A DNA stretch of 64,000 nt from Deltaproteobacteria bacterium (GTDB lineage: Bacteria > Myxococcota_A > Polyangia > Polyangiales > Polyangiaceae): NCBI GenBank assembly GCA_003235365.1, contig QJWJ01000223.1, forward strand, positions 1,127 to 65,126, in the 5' to 3' direction. Positions 18,955 through 28,900 of the stretch are shown here, piece by piece. A program made the translations under genes and the position numbers. Under the pieces are notes generated by a model that saw only the letters and a list, made by a program, of their open reading frames with translations, did no database searches and was not told the origin of the DNA. Numbering within the stretch: the first letter of the stretch is position 1; each line of letters starts with the position of its first letter.

Positions 18955-21633
18955 ATGTCACAGACCTCCGACGACGTCAGGCGATCCTTCCTCGATTTTT
19001 TCAAGGGCCACGACCACGAAGTGGTGCCGAGCGGGCCCGCCATCGCTCCGAACGATCCCACGCTGATGTTCGCCAACGCGGGCATGGTGCAATTCAAGGA
19101 CGTCTTCACGGGGCAGGACAAGCGCCCGTACAAGCGCGCGACTTCGAGTCAGAAATGCATTCGAATCAGCGGCAAGCACAACGACTTGGAGAACGTGGGG
19201 CCGTCTCCGCGCCATCACACGTTCTTCGAGATGCTCGGCAACTTCAGCTTTGGCGACTACTTCAAGGAAGAGGCGATCGTCTTTGCCTGGGACTTCATTC
19301 GCCTGCTCGACATTCCCCAAGAGCGTTTGTGTGTGACGTACTTCGAGGGAGAGGCCGAGCGTAACCTGCCGGCGGACGGCGAGGCCAAGGAACTGTGGCG
19401 CAAGGTCAGCGGCTTGCCGGAAGAGCGAATCATCGGCTGCCCGGCGAGTGAGAACTTCTGGTCGATGGGCGACACCGGTCCCTGCGGCCCGTGCAGCGAG
19501 ATCCACTACTACCACGGACCCGAAATCGATCTTGCAAGCTTCGGTGGCGATCAGTCCCCCGAGGGATACGGCTGGGTCGAGATCTGGAATCTCGTGTTCA
19601 TGCAGTTCGAGCGGCATGCCTCGGGCGCCATGGACCCATTGCCCGCACCGAGCATCGATACCGGCATGGGGCTCGAGCGGATTGTCGCCGCCCTGCAGGG
19701 CAAGACCAGCAACTACGACACGGACTTGCTGCGGGCGTTGGTCGACAAGGCCGCGTCGATCGCCGGCAAGCCTTATCGCGGCAGCATGGATCAAGACGAC
19801 GTCAGCATGCGGGTCATCGCCGATCACTCGCGTTTGACGGCCGTGTTGCTCGCCGAAGGCGTGATGCCCGACACCAATGGCCGTGAGTACGTGCTGCGCC
19901 GGGTGATGCGCCGAGCGATCCGTCACGGACACCGTCTCGGTATCGAAAAGCCCTTCCTGCACGACGTGGCACTGGAGGTGACGCGCCTGATGGGCGAACA
20001 GTACCCCGAGTTGCGCGAACGCGCCGACCACATCGCCACCGTGTGTGAGCAAGAAGAGGTGCGATTTCGTCGCACCATCGAACGCGGCCTGTCGTTGCTC
20101 GAGAACAGCTTTGGTGAGCTGCGCGCTGCGGGCAAAACAGAGCTGCCCGGTGACGATGCGTTCCGCTTGTACGACACCTACGGCTTTCCCCTGGATCTCA
20201 CCGAAGTGATCTGCAAGGAGCGCGGCTTTTCCGTCGATGAGCCTGGCTACGACGCCGCGTTGGAACAGGCGCGCGAGCGTTCCGAGTTCAAGGGTGTCGA
20301 ACGCGCCGTCGAAGGGGTGTACCGACAGGTTCTCGAGTCGATGGGTGAGGGAGCTGGCGTTGCCTTTTGCGGCTACGAACGCGACCGCGACGAGGCCAAG
20401 CTGGTCGCGATCATAGCCGATGGGAGCTCGGTTCGAGAGATCGCGGCGGATGCCGCGAGCAGCGTGGAGCTGGTTTTCGACCGCACTCCGTTCTACGGAG
20501 AGTCGGGTGGACAGGTCGGCGACACCGGAACCGTCTCGAGCGACGGCGCAACGTTCGATGTCCAAGATGCTCAGCGCCCCATCGCTGGCCTCGTCGTGCA
20601 TCGTGGCGTGCTGCGCGACGGCAAGCTCACGGTCGGTCAGACGTGCGAGCTGAACATCGACGTTGCGCGCCGTGAAGCGATTCGCCGCAACCACTCGGCG
20701 ACACACTTGCTGCACTGGGCCCTGCGGCAGGTGCTCGGTGAACACGTGCAGCAGAAGGGTTCGTTGGTCGGCCCCGACCGGCTGCGGTTCGACTTCACTC
20801 ACGGACAACCCATGAGCGCCGAGCAAATCTCTCGCATCGAAGACCTGGTCAATCAGCGCATCTTGCGCAACGCGCCGGTGAAGACCGAAGTGCTGCCGAT
20901 GGACGAGGCGCGCAAGCGCGGCGCGATGATGCTGTTCGGCGAGAAGTACGGCGAGACCGTGCGGGTGTTGAGTATGGCCGAATCCGTCGAATTGTGCGGC
21001 GGTACCCACGCGCGTGCCACGGGCGAGATCGGCCTGCTCAAGGTCGTGGGCGAACAGGGCGTCGCGGCAGGCGTACGGCGCATCAGTGCGACCACGGGCG
21101 AGGGCACGCTCGCGCACCTGCGCGAGCTCGAATCGATCCTGTCCAAGGCAGCCGAGCTCACCAAGGCCGGTGCCGACCTGCCCGGACGTTTGGAGCGACT
21201 CGTCGCCAACGAGCGGGCGCTGGAGAAGCAAGTCGCTGCGTTGCAGAAGAAGCTCATGACCGGCGGCGCGTCGGGTATCGACGATCTGGTGGCCAAGGCG
21301 CGAGACGTGGACGGCGTCAAGGTGCTGTCGTTGCGTACCGAGGTAACCGATCGCGCAGCGCTGCGAGAGCTGGCCGAGCGTTTGCGTGATCGCTTGGGCG
21401 ACAGCATCGTCCTGGTAGCCACCGAAGCGGACGGCAAAGCTCAGATGGTGTTGACCGTCGCCAAGGCCCTGACCGGGCGCCATCAAGCCGGCAACTTGAT
21501 TCGTCCTCTGGCACAGATCGTCGGTGGCAGCGGCGGGGGCCGACCGGACATGGCCCAAGCCGGTGGCACTGATGTCGGCAAGCTCGATCAGGCCCTGGCG
21601 GCGCTGTACGACCAGGTTCAGGCTGCGGGCTGA
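18955..21633 (+). CDS. alaS: Alanine--tRNA ligase
   Basis: Internal ATG at 18955 gives MSQTSDDVRRSFLDFFKGHDHEVVPS. Class II AlaRS hallmarks are present (HHTFFEMLGNFSFGDYFK, the editing domain, C-terminal DHHA1-like GGGRPDMAQAGG). Confidence 0.97.
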   Translation: MSQTSDDVRRSFLDFFKGHDHEVVPSGPAIAPNDPTLMFANAGMVQFKDVFTGQDKRPYKRATSSQKCIRISGKHNDLENVGPSPRHHTFFEMLGNFSFGDYFKEEAIVFAWDFIRLLDIPQERLCVTYFEGEAERNLPADGEAKELWRKVSGLPEERIIGCPASENFWSMGDTGPCGPCSEIHYYHGPEIDLASFGGDQSPEGYGWVEIWNLVFMQFERHASGAMDPLPAPSIDTGMGLERIVAALQGKTSNYDTDLLRALVDKAASIAGKPYRGSMDQDDVSMRVIADHSRLTAVLLAEGVMPDTNGREYVLRRVMRRAIRHGHRLGIEKPFLHDVALEVTRLMGEQYPELRERADHIATVCEQEEVRFRRTIERGLSLLENSFGELRAAGKTELPGDDAFRLYDTYGFPLDLTEVICKERGFSVDEPGYDAALEQARERSEFKGVERAVEGVYRQVLESMGEGAGVAFCGYERDRDEAKLVAIIADGSSVREIAADAASSVELVFDRTPFYGESGGQVGDTGTVSSDGATFDVQDAQRPIAGLVVHRGVLRDGKLTVGQTCELNIDVARREAIRRNHSATHLLHWALRQVLGEHVQQKGSLVGPDRLRFDFTHGQPMSAEQISRIEDLVNQRILRNAPVKTEVLPMDEARKRGAMMLFGEKYGETVRVLSMAESVELCGGTHARATGEIGLLKVVGEQGVAAGVRRISATTGEGTLAHLRELESILSKAAELTKAGADLPGRLERLVANERALEKQVAALQKKLMTGGASGIDDLVAKARDVDGVKVLSLRTEVTDRAALRELAERLRDRLGDSIVLVATEADGKAQMVLTVAKALTGRHQAGNLIRPLAQIVGGSGGGRPDMAQAGGTDVGKLDQALAALYDQVQAAG

Positions 21634-21637
21634 ACCT

Positions 21638-21665
21638 GGCCGAGGGGCACTCACGCACCTCGGCC
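21638..21665 (+). terminator. Possible terminator hairpin after alaS
   Basis: Perfect 8-bp arms GGCCGAGG (21638-21645) and CCTCGGCC (21658-21665) with a 12-nt loop. They are followed only by the weak T-containing tail cgtcttgg. Confidence 0.35.
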
Positions 21666-21871
21666 CGTCTTGGCACGGAGCAGGGTGCGCCATCGTTTCG
21701 CCCTTGCAACAGGCCGCATTCGAGCTTCGACGCGCCGCTGGCTCGCTCCGGTCAGAGCTTGTCGCCCCAGTGGAATACCGCCCGCCGCCCGGCGCCGCGA
21801 CAATCGTGGAGCTGGCTTTCGCCGACCTTTGTGTCGATACTCGCCGCCAGCGAGTCGTCGAACTACCTCAC

Positions 21872-22609
21872 ATGACTTCAGAAATGCTCCTATTGGTCGG
21901 CACGGCGGCCACCCTCGGCGTCACTCACACGGCGGTTGGCGTCGATCACACGCTGCCCTTCGTGATGTTGTCGCGTGCGCGCAACTGGTCGATGTACAAG
22001 ACGCTGGGCGTCACCGCGTTATGCGGCACGGGGCACGTCTTGTCGTCGGTCGTCATCGGCGCGCTGGGTTACTTCGGTCTGGGGCTGACGTTGACGAAGC
22101 TCGAACTGATCGAGCAAACCCGCGGGCATTGGGCAGCCTGGGCGCTGATCGTCTTCGGTTTCGGCTACGCTCTGGCGGGTGCGTGGCGCCTGCATTCGGG
22201 CGATGGGCACCGCCACTTCCACGTGCACTCCGACGGCACCGTGCACACGCACCCGCACGATCACGGCGGCGCCGACAGCAACGTCGTGCATCATCACGGT
22301 CACGGCGCGCGCGCCAGCTTGTCGAAGGGCCGCTGGGGTGTCGCGCTGTTTCTGATCTTCGTGCTGGGGCCGTGTGAGGCCTTGCTGCCGCTGATGGCCG
22401 CGCCGGCCCTGGGCGGTTCGGTGTGGACCTCGGTCGCGGTTGCCGCGGTGTTTGGCGTCGCAACGCTGTCGACGATGTTGTTGCTGGTCGCGGTCGGACG
22501 TTTGGGGCTGAAGGCAGCGCGTTTCGGACGGCTCGAGCCCCACATGCAGTGGCTCAGTGGTATCGCCATCGCCTCCAGCGGCTTGTGCGTTCAGTTCCTG
22601 GGGATCTGA
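21872..22609 (+). CDS. Polytopic membrane protein with a His-rich cytoplasmic loop; putative divalent-metal (Ni/Co/Zn-type) transporter
   Basis: ATG at 21872 (MTSEMLLLVGTAATLGVTHTAVGVDHTLPF). About six hydrophobic segments. The loop HSGDGHRHFHVHSDGTVHTHPHDHGGADSNVVHHHGHG has 13 His in 38 residues. Family not confidently assigned. Confidence 0.65.
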   Translation: MTSEMLLLVGTAATLGVTHTAVGVDHTLPFVMLSRARNWSMYKTLGVTALCGTGHVLSSVVIGALGYFGLGLTLTKLELIEQTRGHWAAWALIVFGFGYALAGAWRLHSGDGHRHFHVHSDGTVHTHPHDHGGADSNVVHHHGHGARASLSKGRWGVALFLIFVLGPCEALLPLMAAPALGGSVWTSVAVAAVFGVATLSTMLLLVAVGRLGLKAARFGRLEPHMQWLSGIAIASSGLCVQFLGI

Positions 22610-22833
22610 CGGTCCACGGCGCTGGCGCCGCGGCGGTCCCAGCGGGAAACGCCGACTCGACGGCGGCCGTTGATCGGCCACACACAGCTGATGAGCAATG
22701 ACAGCTCACCTGCGCCGCGGTCGATCGACCTGCGCCGTTGATCGGGCAAACGTCGTTGAACAAACGCAGCCGACCGAAGTGCTCGGTGGAGCGAGCAGCG
22801 AAGCATGCGTCCTCACACCGCGGCGAGATCCGC

Positions 22834-23256
22834 TCAGCTGCGCAGTTGTTTGACTGCCACCGCGACGTCCTTGCCGCCGGCGTTCGCGCCAGTGCTCTTG
22901 AGGTGCTTCATCGCAACTCCCGTCGCTTGACCGTCATTGCCTGCGGCGCGGATTTGGTCGGCAACGACGCCGAGCTCCGCGACGATCTCTTCGACGGACA
23001 GCGTCTTGGGGCCGAACGCAGCGAGGATCGCGATCTCCTGGCGGATCACTTCCTGCTGTGCGTCGTCCGCCGTCAGCTCGAGCGTATCTTGGCAGCTCTT
23101 GGTCATCTTCTTGAGAACGGCCAGCACCTTTTCGTCACTGGCATCCTCACCCGTACGTGTGATCTCACCGATGGCGGTGCGCAGGATCTCTTTTTCGACG
23201 ACGTTCTTGGCTTTCATCGCCGCGAACATGCGCTGCTTCATTTCGTCAATCAGCAT
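22834..23256 (-). CDS. GatB/YqeY-domain protein
   Basis: 140 aa. MLIDEMKQRMFAAMKAKNVVEKEILRTAIGEI and the remainder resemble YqeY-like proteins. An alternative ATG lies at 23241. Confidence 0.85.
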   Translation of the reverse strand: MLIDEMKQRMFAAMKAKNVVEKEILRTAIGEITRTGEDASDEKVLAVLKKMTKSCQDTLELTADDAQQEVIRQEIAILAAFGPKTLSVEEIVAELGVVADQIRAAGNDGQATGVAMKHLKSTGANAGGKDVAVAVKQLRS

Positions 23257-24439
23257 TCTCGACCTCTTGGTTGCGATACAACGGCAACCGCATCAAAAAG
23301 CAAGCCCCATCTCGCTGGGATTCGATGCATTCGAGGCTACCACCTTGATTGACGATGAGCGCTCGGGCGGTCGGCAAACCCAGACCGATGCCGAGCGGTT
23401 TGCTGGTGACCAGCGGTTCGAACAGCAGGTTGCGGTGTTCTTCGGGAACGCCTTCGCCCGTGTCCTCGATGAGCAGTTCGGCGAATTGACCGGTCGTGCG
23501 AGCGCGGAAGGTCAGACGGCCTTCTTCGGGCATGGCCTCGCGTGCGTTGCGGATCAGGTTGCGCAGAGCGTCCTGCACTTGCCGCCCATCGACCCAGACG
23601 AGCGTGTCGGGGATGTCGAGTTGGATCTCGATCTGCGGAGTCATCGGTTCGCTGTCGATGGCGTTTTGAACCATCAGCCCCAAGGACGTTTCGGACGCCG
23701 CCGGAGGACGGATGCGCGCGTAGTCGAGCAGGTCACCGATGATGCGGTTGGCTTCCCAGATCTCGTCGCTGGCGATCTGCAACGCCTCTTGCACCAAGCT
23801 GCTGGCGTTGCTCGGCATTTGACGGCGCGCGAGCGCCAGCGCGTTGGCAATCGCACCCAGCGGATTGCGGATCTGATGCGCCAACCCGGCCGCGAGTTGA
23901 CCTAGAACCATCAAGCGTTCTTTGCGCAGTAGCTTGTCTTGAATGTCGCGCAGCGCGCGCGTGCGCTCTTGGGCGTACCGCTCGAGCTCTTCTTCGAGCT
24001 GCGCCGCGGACGCCGCGCTCTCCCCCGCTTGCCCGACTACGCACACCACGTGAGTGACGACGCCATTGCTGTCGGCCAACGGCAGCTTGGTTATCGGGCG
24101 GTGATGCAGGACACCATCGGCGCCGGGGAACTGCTCCTCGGCCGTGACGGGAAGTGCTTGGGTCAACACTTCGCGCTCGGTGCGTTCGTGGTGACTGGCA
24201 ACCTCCGATCCGAACACGCTGCTCTCGGTTCTGCCGAGTAGATCTTCTCGACTGCGGCCGACCCAATTGCAGAAGGCCGTATTGGACAGCACGAACTCCA
24301 GCTTGGCGTTCTTGGCGTAGAGCGGTTGTCCCAAGTGCTCGGCGATCAAGCCGAGCGACGCGACCGTGAGTTGGGTCTCGTGGACGTTCGTCGGGTCCGC
24401 GCTGTGCACTTCCGGGCTCACATTCTCAAGCGTAGTCAA
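23246..24439 (-). CDS. Soluble PAS-domain sensor histidine kinase
   Basis: No TM segment. N-terminal PAS-like region. H-box LAHQIRNPL, N-box LIRNAREA, G1 EDTGEGV, G2 GIGLGL. Confidence 0.9.
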   Translation of the reverse strand: MTTLENVSPEVHSADPTNVHETQLTVASLGLIAEHLGQPLYAKNAKLEFVLSNTAFCNWVGRSREDLLGRTESSVFGSEVASHHERTEREVLTQALPVTAEEQFPGADGVLHHRPITKLPLADSNGVVTHVVCVVGQAGESAASAAQLEEELERYAQERTRALRDIQDKLLRKERLMVLGQLAAGLAHQIRNPLGAIANALALARRQMPSNASSLVQEALQIASDEIWEANRIIGDLLDYARIRPPAASETSLGLMVQNAIDSEPMTPQIEIQLDIPDTLVWVDGRQVQDALRNLIRNAREAMPEEGRLTFRARTTGQFAELLIEDTGEGVPEEHRNLLFEPLVTSKPLGIGLGLPTARALIVNQGGSLECIESQRDGACFLMRLPLYRNQEVENAD

Positions 24440-24691
24440 TTTGGGGATGAAATTCGACCGTTACGTCCCGGTCAGCCACCGCCCCGCCTCGGACTCGGAC
24501 ATTGTGTGTCCGGGGCCGATGGGCAAGCCCCCGCGTTGCTGCTATGAGGCGAGCGTGTGGCGCAACACGACGAATTGGCCAGGCCGAGCCCGGCCCATGT
24601 CATTTGGCTCGAGTGACCTCGTTGCGCCCGCGTCGAATGACGGCTCCTGGCTCGTTTTCGCCGGCGGTCGATCTGGTCGGAGGAGGGTCGA

Positions 24692-25948
24692 GTGAAGCTC
24701 GTGCATGCGGCCGACCTACACGTCGACAGTCCGCTGCTCGGCCTGGAGCGCTACCCAGGCGCGCCGGTCGAACAGATCCGTGGCGCGACTCGGCGCGCGC
24801 TCGAGAACTTGGTGGAACTGTGTGAAGAGCAACGGGTGGGGTTGTTGCTGCTCGCGGGCGACTTGTTCGATGGCGATTGGCGCGACTACACGACCGGGTT
24901 GTTCTTTGCCGAACAAATGGGGCGGCTCAAACGCGCGGGCACTCGAGTGGCGTTGGTGCGCGGCAACCACGACGCCGCGAGCCAAATCAGCAAGTACCTG
25001 CCCTTGCCCGACAACGTCACCGAATTGCCCCACGCCGCGCCGCACACCGAGATCTACTCCGATCTGGGTGTTGCCGTGCACGGCCAAAGCTACGCGCGCC
25101 GTGCCGAAACAGACGATCTTGCAAGCAATTACCCGCAGGCCGTCGAGGGGCTGCTCAACGTCGGGTTGCTGCACACGGCGGTCAGTGGCCGCGCCGGTCA
25201 CGAACCCTACGCGCCGTGTCGTTTGGAGACGCTGATCTCCAAGGGCTACGACTACTGGGCCCTCGGGCACGTGCATCAACGTGAAGTGCTCCACAGCGAC
25301 CCGTGGGTCGTTTTTTCCGGCAACATCCAAGGGCGCCACATCAAGGAGTTGGGGCCGAAAGGGGCGACGCTCATCGAGGCGGATCACGGTCGCATCGAGT
25401 CGGTCACCTCGTGCGATCTCGACGTCGTGCGGTGGGAGCGTTGCTCGGTGGAGGCGCAACCCGAGTGGGACGCCGACCAGGTCGTCGACACCGTGGCTCA
25501 GCAACTCGGTCTTACCCTGAGTGCGGCAGGTGATCGGTCGATGGTCGTGCGCGTGGTCGTGGAGGGTAGCACCCAGGCCCATCGAGAGCTGCTCGCGGAC
25601 ACCGAGCACTGGCAGGCTCGTGTCCGTGCCCGCGCCAGCGAGTTCGAACGGATCTGGGTCGAGAGCGTGCGCCTGCAGACTCGACCGTTGCTTTCTGCGC
25701 AGCGATTGGCCACGCGCGGCGATGCGCTTGGTGAGCTTGCCCAGACGCTCCAGCACTTGCAAAACGAGCCGGGCGGTCTGGAACGCTTCCTTCCGCTGTT
25801 CGAGGATCTGCGCAACAAGTTACCGATCGAGGTCAAACAGGGCGCACTCGGGCTGCGCCTGGAAGATCGCCAAGTGCTCCTCGACGCGCTGCCCGACGTC
25901 GAAGGCCTGTTGTTGTCCACCTTGCTCGACGCGGGGGACGGTCAGTGA
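24692..25948 (+). CDS. SbcD/Mre11-type metallophosphoesterase (YhaO-like DNA repair exonuclease)
   Basis: GTG start preceded by ggaggaggg. Phosphoesterase motifs HAADLHVDS, AGDLFDG, RGNHD, GHVH. Confidence 0.85.
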   Translation: MKLVHAADLHVDSPLLGLERYPGAPVEQIRGATRRALENLVELCEEQRVGLLLLAGDLFDGDWRDYTTGLFFAEQMGRLKRAGTRVALVRGNHDAASQISKYLPLPDNVTELPHAAPHTEIYSDLGVAVHGQSYARRAETDDLASNYPQAVEGLLNVGLLHTAVSGRAGHEPYAPCRLETLISKGYDYWALGHVHQREVLHSDPWVVFSGNIQGRHIKELGPKGATLIEADHGRIESVTSCDLDVVRWERCSVEAQPEWDADQVVDTVAQQLGLTLSAAGDRSMVVRVVVEGSTQAHRELLADTEHWQARVRARASEFERIWVESVRLQTRPLLSAQRLATRGDALGELAQTLQHLQNEPGGLERFLPLFEDLRNKLPIEVKQGALGLRLEDRQVLLDALPDVEGLLLSTLLDAGDGQ

Positions 25949-28900
25949 GGTTTCGCCGTCTGGAGCTGTTGGCGTTTGGCCACTTCAGCGGTACGGTGTT
26001 GGAGTTTGCCGAGCCGAGCCCCGGACTGCACGTCGTCTACGGCAACAACGAGGCCGGCAAGAGCACGGCACTGCGTGCGATCCGCAGCTTCTTGTATGGG
26101 ATCCCTCACCAAAGTCGCGACACGTTCGTCCACGCGGGCAGCGAGCTACGACTCGGTGCCGAGTTGTGCACCGAGTCGGGCGACGTCTTGTGCGCCGTGC
26201 GCCGCAAGGGGCGAAAAAACACCTTGCTGGCTCCCGATGGCGCGCCGATCGCCGAGAGCCAGCTGCAGTCGTTGACAGTCGACGAGAATCTGTTCGGGGC
26301 CATGTTCGGGCTCGACCACGAAACGCTCCGGCACGGTGCGCAGGAGCTGCTGGAAGGCAAGGCCGGCGAGAGCCTGTTCGGCGCGGCCATCGGCACGGCC
26401 AGCGTCCGGCGCCTGCGCAGCCGTTTGAACGACGCCGCCGACGAGCTGTTCACCGCCAAAGGCCGCAACAAGCAGATCAATCAACGCATCAACGATCTGC
26501 GCGCAGCCAAGCAGGTCGTCACCGAGCAGTCGAGCAGCGCCGTCGCCCACGCGGCCCGCGAACGCGCGCTCGCCGACGCGCAAGAGAAGCTGCGGTCCAC
26601 CCTCGAAGCCCGCAACGCACGGCGCTCGGAAAAGTCCCGCCTCGAGCGGCAATTGCGCGTGTTGCCACTGCTGGCGCAGCGGCAACAGCGCGTCGACCAA
26701 CTGCGACAATTGGGGCAATTGCCGTCTTTGCCGCGTGATGCAGAGCAGCGTCGGGTGGCCGCTGAGCGTCAACTCGCCGAAGCATCCCAGAAGCTGTCGC
26801 ACGAGCGCGTAGAGATCGAGCGGGTCGAGCGGCGTGTAGCGGCTTTGGGCGGTGGGTCCGAGTTGCTCGAGATCTCCGAGCAGGTGCTGGCCGAGCTGAC
26901 GTCGGAACTGGGTCAGCATCGCAAGGCCATGGCCGATTTGCCGAAGCGACAAGGCGAGCTGTCGGCGTTGCTGACCGAAGTCGAACAGATCCTTTCGGCG
27001 CTCGGTAGCGACCTGCCCCCCGAACGGGGCGCCGAGCTGCGCCTGAGCCGCATCGAACACTCGCGGCTCGAACGGCTGGCGCGCGAGAAGACGCAGTACG
27101 ACACCAAGATCGGCGACGCGACCGAGAAGCTCAAGCGAGCACGTGCCGTGCAGGAACGCCGCGGCCAAGCGCTGGCGACTCTCCCCGAGGTTCGCGACAC
27201 GACTGCTTTGGAGGCGGCGTACGCGCGTGCGCAACGCACGCTCGGTGTGCAACAGCGATTGCACGAGGCGCGCCTGCTTCTGAAGAAGAAGCAACAGCGC
27301 GTCGATCAGGTCCGCGCCGCCCTGTCCGGCTACGACGGATCGCCTGAGCTGCTGCTCGAATTGCCGATCCCCTCGGAAGAATCGATCGCGTCGTTCGACA
27401 GTCGTCAGGGTGAACTGCAGGGCGAGTTGCGCGAAGTGGCCGCCGCGGAGCGACGGCTGGCGGAGCTTGCCGTCGAATTGAAGCGCGAGCGCTTGGAGCT
27501 ACTGGCGGGCACGGACGTGCCGAGTCTCGTCGAGTTGAAAGACCTGCGCCGGCAGCGCGATGCCGCCTTGAGACAGGTGTTGGAAGGGCGCAAGTCTTCC
27601 GCGTTGGCTGCTGCCAAGCAGCGCTTGCCGCAACTCGTCGAGTCCGCCGACACGTTGGCGGATCGGTTGTTCGCCGAAGCCAACCGCGTGTCGCGTTTGG
27701 CGAGCATCGACGCGCGCATCGCCGAGTGCGAGGCGAAGGTCGAGCAAGCCGGGCTGCACCGCGAGTCGATTGCTCGGGCTAGCGAGCAGTGGGACGAGCA
27801 GTGGCGCGCCTCGTGGCGCCCGTGTCACGTGCACCCTGCATCGCCCCGAGAGATGATCGCGTGGCTGCGTCGCAGCAGCGAGTTGATTGGCCTGCTCGAC
27901 GAGCGTCGCTCGGCAAGTGACGAGTGCCGCGCGCTCGAACGTCAGGTTGCGGAGTTGAGCGACGAACTGTCGGCCGCGTTGCAGAGCGTCGGTCAAGAGC
28001 CGCGGCAGTTGTGGGAGGTCACCCTCGAGACGTTGGTCGAGCGCGTCGGCAAGGTGATCGCCGAAACGCAGCGCACGGCGCGCGAGCGCGAGGACGTGCA
28101 GCGCTCGTTGGCGCTCGAACGACAGCAAGTCGAGCAGCTCGAAGCCGAGCTCGAACAACACGTCGAGCAAGAGAAGGCCTGGCGAGGTGATTGGTACAAA
28201 GCGCTGCGCCAGCTGCGGCTGAGCAAGACCGCCGGTCCCGAAGAAGTGACGGGGGCTCTGGCGCAATTGACGGATCTGTACGCCAAGCTCGACGACGTTG
28301 CCGCGCTGCGCTCGCGCATCGATGGCATGCGGCGCGACAGTCAGCAGCTGACCCAGCGCATCGACGCGCTGATCGCGCGGTGCCTGCCCGAACTGAGCGG
28401 GGGCGACCTGGTTCGGCGCGCCGAGGGGTTGCTCGACGCGGCTCGCCGTGCGCGTGCGGATCACGACGAGCGGTTGCGTTTGCAGGACGAGCTCGAACGT
28501 CGCCGGGCCCAGCGCGACAGTGCCCAAGCCCACCAGGGCCGAGCCCGAGCAGAACTCGACGAGTTGCGGGCCCAAGCGGGGGCCAAGGACTTGGCGGAGC
28601 TCGTGCTCGTGGAAGAGCGTTTGGATCGCGCTCGCGAGTTGGGTGCTGCAATCGCGTCGTTGGAAGAGCAAATCGTCGCCGAAGGTGAGGGCGCCTCGCT
28701 CCAAGACCTGGTTGAGCAGTGTCGGGGCACCGACTCGGAAACGGCGCGTGAGCGCATTGCCGCGCTCGAGCCGAAGATCATCGAGGCGGACGAACTCGTC
28801 GGGCATTGGCAGGCGCAGGCGGCGACACTCGAACAAGACGTCCGCCGATCCGAAGCGGGTGCCAGTCGTGCGGCCGAAGATCTGGCGAGCTGCACCGCGA

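Noticed and set aside
18958-21693. 911-aa reverse-strand ORF
   Set aside because: It is entirely antisense to alaS, whose product is unmistakable. This is the typical high-GC shadow frame, with an Arg/Ala/Gly/His-rich product and no motifs.
22666-22745. Direct repeat GCCGTTGATCGG (22666-22677 and 22734-22745) plus an imperfect local duplication acctgcgccg... in a convergent spacer
   Set aside because: It is short and imperfect, occurs only twice, and has no associated ORF or hairpin. That is insufficient to call a repeat element.
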